Below the pieces are notes generated by a model, which saw nothing but the letters and a program-made list of their open reading frames with translations, made no database searches and was not told where the DNA came from. Of a DNA stretch of 64,000 nucleotides, positions 10,662 through 18,938 are shown in pieces. The position numbers and the translations under genes are program-made. Numbering within the stretch: the stretch's first letter is position 1; the number at the start of each line of letters is the position of its first letter. This DNA is from Candidatus Latescibacterota bacterium (GTDB lineage: Bacteria > Latescibacterota > UBA2968 > UBA8231), in NCBI GenBank assembly GCA_965217585.1, contig OZ244561.1:4480001-4544000 (forward strand). Reading direction: 5' to 3'.

Positions 10662-10931
10662 ATACTTGACTCTTGCTAATTACAATCTGCGCCCGCTGCC
10701 GTTGGCGGCGACTCTCCCAAGCATACGACTTAAAGACAAGACCTTCAACATCCCAAGGGAGTGATTGGCGTTGAGACAGCTTCTGTGCAATAACGGCACG
10801 GACTTCGGCCAATTTCGCATGACGCCTGCCAATTTTTCCGGGCCGTGCTGACAATACGGACAGTGCCCCTTTTTGCGTTAAAAACATCTCAACTCTATGT
10901 ATAATAACGAGATATGTAAAATTTTGAAATG

Positions 10932-10948
10932 TTGGCACGGCTTTTGCA
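10932..10948 (+). promoter_or_regulatory. Sigma-54 (-24/-12) promoter of the Hsp20 gene
   Basis: TTGGCACG-GCTT-TTGCA matches consensus YTGGCACG-N4-TTGCW, about 55 bp upstream of the ATG. Confidence 0.75.
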
Positions 10949-11002
10949 ATACAATGGGCAGAGGCCAGACGAACCAACCACCACTTAACAAGGAGAAAAA
11001 TC

Positions 11003-11464
11003 ATGGCCATCAAGACTTTACTACCCAGCGCTCGCGTCAGCAATCGCCCGTGGCGCAGCCCGTTCGACAATCTCTTCGATGCCTTCTTTGGCGAGGACTC
11101 GCGTCTGCCCGTTTTGGCTGGCAGCGCGGCTTTTGCCCCGCGCATCGACGTCAAGGAAGACGACGTCTCCTACGAAATCTCGGTCGAACTGCCGGGGTTG
11201 GAGGAGAAGGACATCGAGATCACCGTCGACGACGGAACTCTCGTGCTGCGGGGCGAAAAGAGCGGCGCTAGCGAGGAAAAGGAAGGCAAGTACTTCCGCC
11301 AGGAGCGCATCTACGGCCGCTTCGAGCGCGCCTTCCACCTGCCCGATGGAGTAGAGGCAGAGAAGATCGAGGCCAAGTTCAAAAACGGCGTCCTCTCCCT
11401 CCACCTGCCCAAAAAGGAGGAGGCGAAAAAGGTCGTCCGCCAGGTGGAAGTCAAGACCGCCTAG
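11003..11464 (+). CDS. Hsp20/alpha-crystallin small heat-shock protein
   Basis: PRIDVKE, ELPGL, ERIYGRFERAFHLP, AKFKNGVLSLHLPK; RBS AAGGAG. Confidence 0.95.
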   Translation: MAIKTLLPSARVSNRPWRSPFDNLFDAFFGEDSRLPVLAGSAAFAPRIDVKEDDVSYEISVELPGLEEKDIEITVDDGTLVLRGEKSGASEEKEGKYFRQERIYGRFERAFHLPDGVEAEKIEAKFKNGVLSLHLPKKEEAKKVVRQVEVKTA

Positions 11465-11481
11465 CCTGCCTTGAGACGCGC

Positions 11482-11517
11482 AAAAGGGGAAGGGCCTCGT
11501 GCCCTTCCCCTTTTTTT
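11482..11517 (+). terminator. Intrinsic terminator after hsp20 (possibly bidirectional)
   Basis: AAAA-GGGGAAGGGC-CTCGT-GCCCTTCCCC-TTTTTTT. Confidence 0.85.
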
Positions 11518-11541
11518 GTACCTATAAGAGAGCTTAGACAA

Positions 11542-11874
11542 CTATGTATTCCGCGCATTCTTCAATTTGCCCATCCAAGCCAGTACTACGATGACCACCG
11601 GCCAAAACGTAGTATTGATTAAATCGTGTATGCTTGCAGTTATTGCCTTCAGGCGAAAGTAACCGAGAGAGATATAATCATATCTTAGATCAAGAATCTC
11701 CATCAAGGATGCTATAATTACAACAGGGACCAGACATCGCGTTTCAATTGATCCCTTTTTCCAAATGACTACAGCCAAAAAGAACACGATCAATCCTACA
11801 TGCATATGGATTGAGTCCTTTGAAAGTTCCAAGATGGAGACGATTATTACCTTAGCTTCTTGATATTCGGACAT
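11542..11874 (-). CDS. Hypothetical small membrane protein, low GC
   Basis: 110 aa, three hydrophobic segments, markedly AT-richer than neighbours. Confidence 0.65.
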   Translation of the reverse strand: MSEYQEAKVIIVSILELSKDSIHMHVGLIVFFLAVVIWKKGSIETRCLVPVVIIASLMEILDLRYDYISLGYFRLKAITASIHDLINTTFWPVVIVVLAWMGKLKNARNT

Positions 11875-11895
11875 TTCCCAATCTTTGCTTCAAGT

Positions 11896-13242
11896 TTATG
11901 CGCACGTGGCGTCTTGCTCGCGCCGCAGTTGCAAGACGAGCGAGTCCGGCAAATCGACCATGGCGTAGCTGATCGCCGCACCTTGCCGCACGTCTTGCTT
12001 GAGCACGGCCCCGCCCGACAGTCCTAACGGCAATAGTCCCTCTTGGCTCGCTACGGTTGCCTTTTCGCTCTGTCCCAATACAGTGTAGCCGCCTCCGCCG
12101 TCGAGGGTCTCGCCGGCTTTGAGATCTCGCTTGGCTACGGCGATTACATCGGCTGTGGGCACGGAGCGCGGAGCACCGGTTGGCAGGCCGTAGAGCGCGA
12201 CTTTGGCGATGGTGATTGGGGCTTCAACCGCCACCAGGTGATAGGGGCGATAGAGGAGGAAGTTTTTGCCGTCGCCACCTGGATGCAGGTCGTAGGTGGC
12301 GAGGTCTTCTATGGTAAAGGCGTGCTCGCTGCGGATGACGACGAAGACGCCCATGCCCAGCGGGTTGGCGAGTCGGGTTTTCCCGTCCTCGGCGACGCTG
12401 TTGGCTAGCTCGATGACCCCGCGCTGGCTCAGCAGCCCTCCTTCTTCGACCAAGCTGAATTTTTGCGGAATGTCCGCCAAATTGCACGACGGCTCGTGCA
12501 TCCCCCTTATATCGGGGACGAGCCCGGCCATGTTGGCGATGGCCGTGGCCTCGACTTGGGCTTTGGTGCCGTCGCGGAAGGAGTTGTACATCTTCAAGCT
12601 GATGTTGCGCCGCTGCAAGGTTTCTTCGTCAAAACCAAACCGCGCCGCGGTGTTGTCGGGCGTGCCTTGGGGATCGTCGGCAAAGAGTATGGTGCCGCGG
12701 CCTGCGGCCACCACTTCTAAGCCGAGGGACCACGCCCATTCGATGATGTTCATGGTCACTCCAGGCTGATCGCCATCGACGAGCGAGTACACCACGCCCG
12801 CGCTGTCGGCCTTGCGCTTGAGCAGTGCGCCGATGGTCACGTCGGTCTCCACGTTGACCATCACGAGGTGGTTGCCGCTGGCGATTGCCGCGCTGGCCAT
12901 GCTGGCCCCGACCGAGGTCGAGCCGGTCGCTTCCACTACCACGTCCAAATCCTCGGCCTGCGCGACTAACAGCCCGTCTTCAACGGCGGTGAATTTCCCC
13001 GCGTGAATGGCCGCTGCCAACGCCTGCGGGCTATCCGCCGTTCCCACCGCAACATCCCCGTACCCCGCTGCGTATGCGTAGCGGGCGCGCGCTAGGTCGA
13101 TGTCGGCAATGGCCGCGACGACCATGCCCTGCATCTGGGCGATCTGTGCGACCAACCCGCCGCCGAATTTCCCCGCGCCGATGATACCGACCCGGATGGG
13201 TTTACCTTGTCGCTCGCGCTCGGCGAGCAATGCGCTAAGCAT
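11896..13242 (-). CDS. NAD(P)-dependent oxidoreductase with C-terminal SAF domain (COG4091-like)
   Basis: VGIIGAGKFG, LYRPYHL, AKRDLKAGETLDGGGGY SAF motif. Confidence 0.85.
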   Translation of the reverse strand: MLSALLAERERQGKPIRVGIIGAGKFGGGLVAQIAQMQGMVVAAIADIDLARARYAYAAGYGDVAVGTADSPQALAAAIHAGKFTAVEDGLLVAQAEDLDVVVEATGSTSVGASMASAAIASGNHLVMVNVETDVTIGALLKRKADSAGVVYSLVDGDQPGVTMNIIEWAWSLGLEVVAAGRGTILFADDPQGTPDNTAARFGFDEETLQRRNISLKMYNSFRDGTKAQVEATAIANMAGLVPDIRGMHEPSCNLADIPQKFSLVEEGGLLSQRGVIELANSVAEDGKTRLANPLGMGVFVVIRSEHAFTIEDLATYDLHPGGDGKNFLLYRPYHLVAVEAPITIAKVALYGLPTGAPRSVPTADVIAVAKRDLKAGETLDGGGGYTVLGQSEKATVASQEGLLPLGLSGGAVLKQDVRQGAAISYAMVDLPDSLVLQLRREQDATCA

Positions 13243-13279
13243 GTATTCCTCCTCGTGTTGTGTAGATGCTACCGACTCC

Positions 13280-13331
13280 GTAGGGACAGGCTCTGTGTCG
13301 GTGCATATAGGGGCATCCCTTGTGGGTGCAC
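13280..13331 (+). repeat. Two degenerate GTAG-type REP-like units
   Basis: GTAGGGACAGGCTCTGTGTCGGTGC and ATAGGGGCATCCCTTGTGGGTGCAC resemble the units at 7052 and 17041. Confidence 0.4.
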
Positions 13332-13536
13332 GATCCCGTTAGGTTCAAAGAAAGGGAATTATATACCTAAGTGCTCAAGCGGCGCGTAATCCATATTGCT
13401 GGCATTCATGTTCTGTTGTCTTTCGTCGAAGAGTACGGGTCTTGCCGACACAGTATAAAAAAGCAGACTCTAGTCTGGCTCAAGGGTTGCACAAGTTTTT
13501 GACTTGCTCTCGGCGGCGGTGCCAGCAGGCACGCGA

Positions 13537-13572
13537 AGGCCCCGCTCCGGAATTGCTCCCACAGCGGGGCCT
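13537..13572 (-). terminator. GC-rich hairpin downstream of the LRR gene
   Basis: AGGCCCCGCT...AGCGGGGCCT 10-bp stem; weak U-tract. Confidence 0.5.
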
Positions 13573-13629
13573 GTCATAACGACGCCTTGCTCGTCGGCGT
13601 TTGAGCTAACCTTTCCTGATTGCTAACGC

Positions 13630-16560
13630 TTACGGCTCAGAGAGCGTCCTAAATTTAAGATGAGGGCTACGATTGGCCTCGCCGACATTATTTCTCGCCA
13701 CAATGCGGTAAATGTATTCCGTGTCAGGCACGAGGTCCGTATCATCATAGCTCAGCCCCGAAGTCGTAGCTATGGGGCTTAAACTCGACTCAGGATTGTC
13801 TGCGTAGAGGGCACGGCGAAGGACAATATAGTCCTCCGCACGGGGGGCACTTTTCCATTCGATTCTGGCTGAGCTATGGGTGATGTTAGTAGCCCACGGT
13901 TTGTCTACCGTCCATGGCTTCTTCTCATAATCGCCAGATTCAGTCGTCGCCGTATCAGTTTCAAGAGGCTCCTCTTCCTCTTCTTCAGGGACGACTTCCT
14001 CGGAGACCTGTTCCTCTTCTACTTCCTCCAGTCCAGGGACGGTCAGTTCGGGCTGGTTGTACAGTGGTCTGCCATCGTCCGCGCAGATGGCCCCTTCTTC
14101 CTCACAAGCCCGGTCCGCCGGCAGGGCGATAGTTACGTCGTCGCTGGAGTTTGGTGCCACGGTAATCTCCCAGATGCGGTTTGACCCGTTCACGCCCTTG
14201 GCGGCGATGACGGAGCCTCCGCTGACGACGAAGGAATGGTCCCTGAAGGTTGTGGAGCGGATTGAGATGCCCTCGCTGAAATAGGTTCGGAAGGTGAAGT
14301 CGGCGACGCCATTGTGGCTTTCTGGCGCGAATCGAAAGGAAGCCGTCAGTGGCGCGGGTGGCCGGTCTGGGAGCGCGGAACCTGTGCCTGGTACCGGGGT
14401 CAGGCTCACCTCTACTTGGTCTCCAGCGGTCCAGTTGAAATCCTTGACTCCCCACCAGTATCCTTCTTCCACTAGCGAGTTTGGTGTTGAACTCTCCTGT
14501 GCGGTGTATTCCGCATCGCCAATCCGCAGGGTGAAGTCCGTGGCCAGTTTTCCGTTAATGCCGAAGTACAATCCATCGGCATAGTGTATGAGGAATATCA
14601 CGCGGTACGTGGCTCCGTCCAGCGTGAAACGTTCCGTTGATATGGTCCCACCCATGTCGCCCCATCGGGAGTATCCGGCGGTGGCGGGGATGGTTGAGGC
14701 GTCCACGCCTACAGTCAACGTAGCGGACCATGCCACTACGGGCTCTTCATGGTCCACCGCGCTCGTGGCGGCGCTGGTCAGGGTCTCTTCGTTGCCGGCG
14801 TCGTCAGTGAAGCTCACCCGCACCTTGATGGTCTTGCCGGCGTCGGCAGCCACCAAGGTGTAGGCTGCGCCCGTCGCGCCCGGAATGTCCGTGTCGGTGC
14901 TTCCGTCGTTGGCCATCCACTGGTAGCTGAAGCTCGCATGGCCCAAACCATCGGCATCCTCAATATCGGCGGTGTCCGCCGTCAGCGTCTGTCCCACCTG
15001 TGCCGTGCCGCTGATGGTGGGTGCGCCCGTCGCTGGAGTGTTGGCGAGAGCTCCGAAAGTCAGTGTCAGACTCTCACCCAAGCCGGCTTGGACGCCATCG
15101 CTGATGTTGATTTTATTTTTGAAAGCGGCCGACTCAACCCTGACCGTGACTTGGGTGGGCCGCCGCCCGTTCGGTGTAACGTTGATCGCTCCACTCTCGA
15201 GGCTGCCACCAGTAATGGTAACGTCCGTGCTGGATAGCGTGCCGCCCTCTGCCGAGAGTGTCACCGCCATGTCATAGGGTGCCCCCTTAGCAACTTTTAC
15301 CACCACAGCGTCGTCCTGCTGCTCCAACTCCGCTGTGATGGTGAAAGGAGCGCCCGGATTGTTCCCTAGGTCTACCAACTCCAAGTTGGAGAGGCCCTCG
15401 AACAGCCCGGCGGGCAGTGCGTTCAAGTCGTTATGGGACAAATACAAGTATTCCAGCTTGGTAAAGCCGTCGAATACGTCGGCCGGCAGGGCGCTCAGTT
15501 CGTTCCGGCTCAAGCTCAGGTATTCTAGCTCCGAGAGGCTGTCGAACCAATCGTACGAAAGTGTGGTCATCGTGCCGGTATTGTCCCCCTCCAAATCTTT
15601 GCCAATGCCCGACAAACTCAGACCTCTCAACTTGGGAAAGGCATCGAAGAAATCGCTTGGCAACTCGTCGAGATCCAGATCGTTGAATCCCACGTATAGC
15701 TGCTCCAGGTTGTCGAGGTCGTCGAACACATCCGCCGGCAGGGCCTCAAGGTCGTTGTTGCTCAAGCTCAACGATTTCAGGTTGTCGAGGTCGTCGAATA
15801 CGTTGGCGGGCAGAGTCTCCAAGTCGTTATTGCTCAAAAACAGTCCTTCCAGCTTGGTGAGGCCGTCGAATACGTCGGCCGGTAGTGCCCCTAGGTGGCT
15901 TTGGTTCAATTCCAGTCGTTCCAGCTTGGTGAGGTCGTCGAATACGTCGGCCGGCAGTCCCTTAAAGAAGAGACCGTAGTTCAATCTCAGAGTTCTCAGG
16001 CTGTCGAGGTCGTCGAACACATCCGCCGGTAGGGCCTCAAGGTCGTTGTCGCTCAAGCCCAGTTCTTCCAGCTTGGTGAGGCCATCGAATATGTCAGCGG
16101 GTAGGGTGCTCAAGCGATTTGAGTTCAATTCTAGAGTTCTCAGGCTGTCGAGGCCGTCGAACACGTCGGCCGACAGGGTCTCAAGGCCGTTGTTGTCCAA
16201 ATCCAAGTATTTCAGCTTAGTGAGGCCGTCGAACGTCCCGCTAGGCAGTTCGGTCAATCCGGTCAATGCCCCGTTGATCATCCGTAGCTCGTCAGTGATG
16301 CTTGCAAGATCCGAGGCACTTACTTCCGCGCAGTTCGACGTAGAGAGCTTGGAGAGAATCGCGTCTTGCACCTGCTGGGGGCGGTCGCAGATGCCGTCAG
16401 AGGTAGCCTGAGTGGTTGCTTTGGCCACCGGTTGCGAGGTTGCTTGGCCCGCGGGGGACGGTTCGGTCGGGCCGGTCAGTTTTTTGTCTTTGTCACAAGA
16501 AATTAGCCCCAAAGCGAGGATCAGGGTCATGCTCAGGTTCACTGCGAGTAGCCGTTTCAT
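13630..16560 (-). CDS. Surface lipoprotein with eukaryote-like leucine-rich repeats, Ig-like domains and C-terminal fibronectin type III domain
   Basis: Lipobox LISC; about 12 x 24-aa LRRs (LPADVFDGLTKLExLxLSxNxL); Ig-like ATGAPTISGTAQVGQTLT; FN3 YDDTDLVPDTEYIYRIVARN. Confidence 0.9.
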   Translation of the reverse strand: MKRLLAVNLSMTLILALGLISCDKDKKLTGPTEPSPAGQATSQPVAKATTQATSDGICDRPQQVQDAILSKLSTSNCAEVSASDLASITDELRMINGALTGLTELPSGTFDGLTKLKYLDLDNNGLETLSADVFDGLDSLRTLELNSNRLSTLPADIFDGLTKLEELGLSDNDLEALPADVFDDLDSLRTLRLNYGLFFKGLPADVFDDLTKLERLELNQSHLGALPADVFDGLTKLEGLFLSNNDLETLPANVFDDLDNLKSLSLSNNDLEALPADVFDDLDNLEQLYVGFNDLDLDELPSDFFDAFPKLRGLSLSGIGKDLEGDNTGTMTTLSYDWFDSLSELEYLSLSRNELSALPADVFDGFTKLEYLYLSHNDLNALPAGLFEGLSNLELVDLGNNPGAPFTITAELEQQDDAVVVKVAKGAPYDMAVTLSAEGGTLSSTDVTITGGSLESGAINVTPNGRRPTQVTVRVESAAFKNKINISDGVQAGLGESLTLTFGALANTPATGAPTISGTAQVGQTLTADTADIEDADGLGHASFSYQWMANDGSTDTDIPGATGAAYTLVAADAGKTIKVRVSFTDDAGNEETLTSAATSAVDHEEPVVAWSATLTVGVDASTIPATAGYSRWGDMGGTISTERFTLDGATYRVIFLIHYADGLYFGINGKLATDFTLRIGDAEYTAQESSTPNSLVEEGYWWGVKDFNWTAGDQVEVSLTPVPGTGSALPDRPPAPLTASFRFAPESHNGVADFTFRTYFSEGISIRSTTFRDHSFVVSGGSVIAAKGVNGSNRIWEITVAPNSSDDVTIALPADRACEEEGAICADDGRPLYNQPELTVPGLEEVEEEQVSEEVVPEEEEEEPLETDTATTESGDYEKKPWTVDKPWATNITHSSARIEWKSAPRAEDYIVLRRALYADNPESSLSPIATTSGLSYDDTDLVPDTEYIYRIVARNNVGEANRSPHLKFRTLSEP
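15370..16260 (-). repeat. Intragenic ~72-bp LRR-coding repeat array (approximate bounds)
   Basis: Near-identical units, e.g. TGTCGAGGTCGTCGAACACATCCGCCGGyAGGGCCTCAAGGTCGTTGT near 15710 and 16000. Confidence 0.8.
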
Positions 16561-16639
16561 AACTAACTCCTTGGTTGGGAAAAAGGGATGATATTATCTG
16601 CGTCGTCGGTCGGTGCCACCTGAATCGTCTTCTGGGTCT

Positions 16640-16680
16640 CGCAAAATACAATCGTTCACAGCGAACGATTGCATTTTGCG
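16640..16680. promoter_or_regulatory. 18-bp inverted repeat 80 nt upstream of the LRR gene
   Basis: CGCAAAATACAATCGTTC-ACAGC-GAACGATTGCATTTTGCG; the single mismatch is a G-U pair on the minus strand. Confidence 0.6.
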
Positions 16681-16823
16681 CGTCATTTATTTCATTGTTT
16701 TTACGCTACTTATGTAATGGTTAAGAGATCGTAGCCTGATGGCCTAACGGCCAATAATAGGGGGGCAAAAATATCCCCCTGTATGAGGTTAGCTCATCGG
16801 CTTCCTATGGGAGCCGGGCAGTT

Positions 16824-16956
16824 GCTAACACTCACGCAGATTAGTGCGGGAAAGTTCCTGCTTATTCGCCGAGAACCGGGAGCGACCCAGTCCCTTTTTG
16901 CCAGCTATTGTATTCAGCAGGCCACCCGACAGGAGGGAGTCTGCTTGAGTGTTAGC
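16824..16956 (-). ncRNA. Putative structured RNA (133-nt rod), family unknown
   Basis: 19-nt terminal arms pair at 17/19 positions; nested stems; 5' end coincides with predicted +1 of an upstream promoter. Confidence 0.45.
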
Positions 16957-16963
16957 GAAGGCA

Positions 16964-16992
16964 AAGATACTGTCGGGAAATTGGATTGTCAA
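16964..16992 (-). promoter_or_regulatory. Sigma-70-type promoter
   Basis: Minus strand TTGACA-17 bp-TATCTT. Confidence 0.65.
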
Positions 16993-17040
16993 AAAAGAAG
17001 GAATTCATTTGGGGGCACTCATATAATTCCCCAAGGAAAG

Positions 17041-17064
17041 GTCAACCACGAGGGTTGCCCCTAC
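17041..17064 (-). repeat. GTAG-type REP-like unit overlapping the dehydratase stop codon
   Basis: Minus strand GTAGGGGCAACC-CTCGT-GGTTGAC. Confidence 0.5.
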
Positions 17065-18746
17065 GGCATAAAATCTAAATCCGCCCCCAAGTTCGCCTGC
17101 AATACGCGCTCGGCGTACAGCCGCCGCCACCCACGGGCTGGCGTGGAAGGCGCGGTCCATTCGGCCCGCCGGCGGGCGAGGGTTTCCTCGGGGACTAGCA
17201 AATCTAAGCGCCCGGCTTCTACGTCCAACTCGATCAGGTCGCCGTCGCGGACGAGTGCCAACGGCCCGCCGACGGCCGCTTCTGGCGCTACGTGCAAAGC
17301 GACCGTTCCATAGGCCGTGCCGCTCATCCGCCCATCGGAGATGCGCACCATGTCTTCGACGCCTTGCGCGGCGAGGTTCTTGGGCAAGGGCATGGAGCCG
17401 GCTTCGGGCATCCCAAGGGCCACCGGCCCGGCTCCGCGCAGCACTAGCACGTGTTCCGGCGTAATGCCCAATGCGGGGTCATCTACGCGCGCGGCGTCGT
17501 CCGGCCCTTCGAACACGATGGCTGGCCCGCGATGCTTGTGCAGATGCGGGGACGAGGTGGCCTTTTTCATTACCGCTCCGTCTGGCGCGAGCGAGCCTTT
17601 TAGCACCACGAGGGACGACGCTGGCCCCAGCGGCGCGTCCAAGGTGCGGATCGCGGTTTGCCACGCGCCGGGTGCGGCCACGTCCTGCAAGAGTGCGCCG
17701 AGCGTTTGGCCGCTGACTCCTATTGCATCGACGTCGAGCATTGGCTCCAGGGTCTTGAGTAGGACGGGCACGCCGCCGGCCTTGTCGAAATCCTCCATGT
17801 ACCCGGTGCCCGCTGGCTTGCAATCGACCAGCAGCGGCACTTGTTGGGCCGCGGTGTGAAAGTCGTCTAATGACAGATCCACGCCAGCCCGGCGCGCAAT
17901 GGCGAGCAGATGCACGACTGCATTCGTCGAGCCGCTCAACGCGGCCAGCACCTTGAGTGCGTTGGCAAAGGCCGATGGCGTTAGTATGTCTCGCGCCGAG
18001 CGTCCCTCGGTGGCTAAGGCTACGGCCCGGCGACCTGTGGCGACTCCGAGCCGCAGACGCTGGCTTGAGACTGCGGGTGGGGTGGCCGTGCCCGGCAGCA
18101 TCAGTCCGAGGGTCTCTGCCACGCAGGCCATGGTTGAGGCCGTGCCCATGACCATGCAGGTCCCGGCCGTTGGGCACAGGCTCTGGCTGACAGCGGCGAT
18201 TTCTTCGGCGTCGAGCGCACCGGCTCGGTGTTGCGCCCAGTAGCGGCGGCAATCCGTGCATGCGCCCAACCGCTCGCCCCGCCAGTCTCCGGCCAGCATT
18301 GGCCCGGTGACGAGGTGGATGGCGGGCACGGACGCGGAAGCTGCGGCCATGAGTTGGGCTGGCAGGGTTTTGTCACAGCCGCCGAGCAGCACGACTGCGT
18401 CCATGGGCTGGGCGGTGATCATTTCCTCGGTCGCCATGGCCATGAGGTTGCGAAAGAGCATGGCGGTGGGGGAGAGGAGGATTTCGCCGAGGGAAAGGGT
18501 CGGAAAGACGAGGGGCAGCCCGCCCGCTTCTAACACGCCCCGTTTGACGGCTTCCACGAGCTGGGGCATGGCGCGATGGCAGGTGGTGTAGTCGGAAGAG
18601 GTGTCGGCGATGCCGACGACGGGGCGCTCTAAATCTGTCTCGTCGTAGCCAGCCGAAGCGAGAAAAGCGCGGCGTAAATAGCGGCTAAAACCTGGGTCGG
18701 CGTAGTGGGTTAGGTTGCGGTCGATGCCGGTGGCGGGGGAGGGCAT
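17061..18746 (-). CDS. IlvD/Edd-family dehydratase (likely sugar-acid dehydratase)
   Basis: GGCDKT, GTCMVMGTASTM, GSTNAVVHL, SDGRMSGT, HVAPEA; start set at MPSPATG. Confidence 0.9.
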   Translation of the reverse strand: MPSPATGIDRNLTHYADPGFSRYLRRAFLASAGYDETDLERPVVGIADTSSDYTTCHRAMPQLVEAVKRGVLEAGGLPLVFPTLSLGEILLSPTAMLFRNLMAMATEEMITAQPMDAVVLLGGCDKTLPAQLMAAASASVPAIHLVTGPMLAGDWRGERLGACTDCRRYWAQHRAGALDAEEIAAVSQSLCPTAGTCMVMGTASTMACVAETLGLMLPGTATPPAVSSQRLRLGVATGRRAVALATEGRSARDILTPSAFANALKVLAALSGSTNAVVHLLAIARRAGVDLSLDDFHTAAQQVPLLVDCKPAGTGYMEDFDKAGGVPVLLKTLEPMLDVDAIGVSGQTLGALLQDVAAPGAWQTAIRTLDAPLGPASSLVVLKGSLAPDGAVMKKATSSPHLHKHRGPAIVFEGPDDAARVDDPALGITPEHVLVLRGAGPVALGMPEAGSMPLPKNLAAQGVEDMVRISDGRMSGTAYGTVALHVAPEAAVGGPLALVRDGDLIELDVEAGRLDLLVPEETLARRRAEWTAPSTPARGWRRLYAERVLQANLGADLDFMP

Positions 18747-18938
18747 GGGGTTCCTTTGGAGCAGGCTAAGGTATGGCTTGGGCTGGAGCCGATCAATATG
18801 AATTTCTGCAACCGGCTTCGCTGGCACTCACTATGTGGTCGCGGTCCTGGGGCGCTAGGACATCGTGGTAGCGCAGGAGAGGAGTTCGCGGAGCCGGTGC
18901 ATTAGCTACTGTCTATGCAGCCATCCTGCGAGGAGTCG

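Noticed and set aside
10250-11538. 11-bp inverted repeat TCTAAGCTCTC flanking the protease and hsp20 genes
   Set aside because: Too short to exceed chance in 64 kb; no target duplication or transposase
15370-16260. Periodic repeats as a CRISPR array
   Set aside because: In-frame 72-bp LRR coding units with no unique spacers and no cas genes
16825-16955. CIRCE-like arms CTAACACTC / GAGTGTTAG
   Set aside because: Separated by over 110 bp instead of 9 and not upstream of a chaperone gene
16742-16956. attC-like sites (GCCTAAC...GTTAGCT and GCTAAC...GTTAGC)
   Set aside because: Core boxes and spacing fit poorly, with no cassette array and no integrase; the promoter alignment favours an RNA
16783-17313. 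176-aa ORF across the structured region
   Set aside because: No recognisable motifs; overlaps the dehydratase antisense and the predicted RNA
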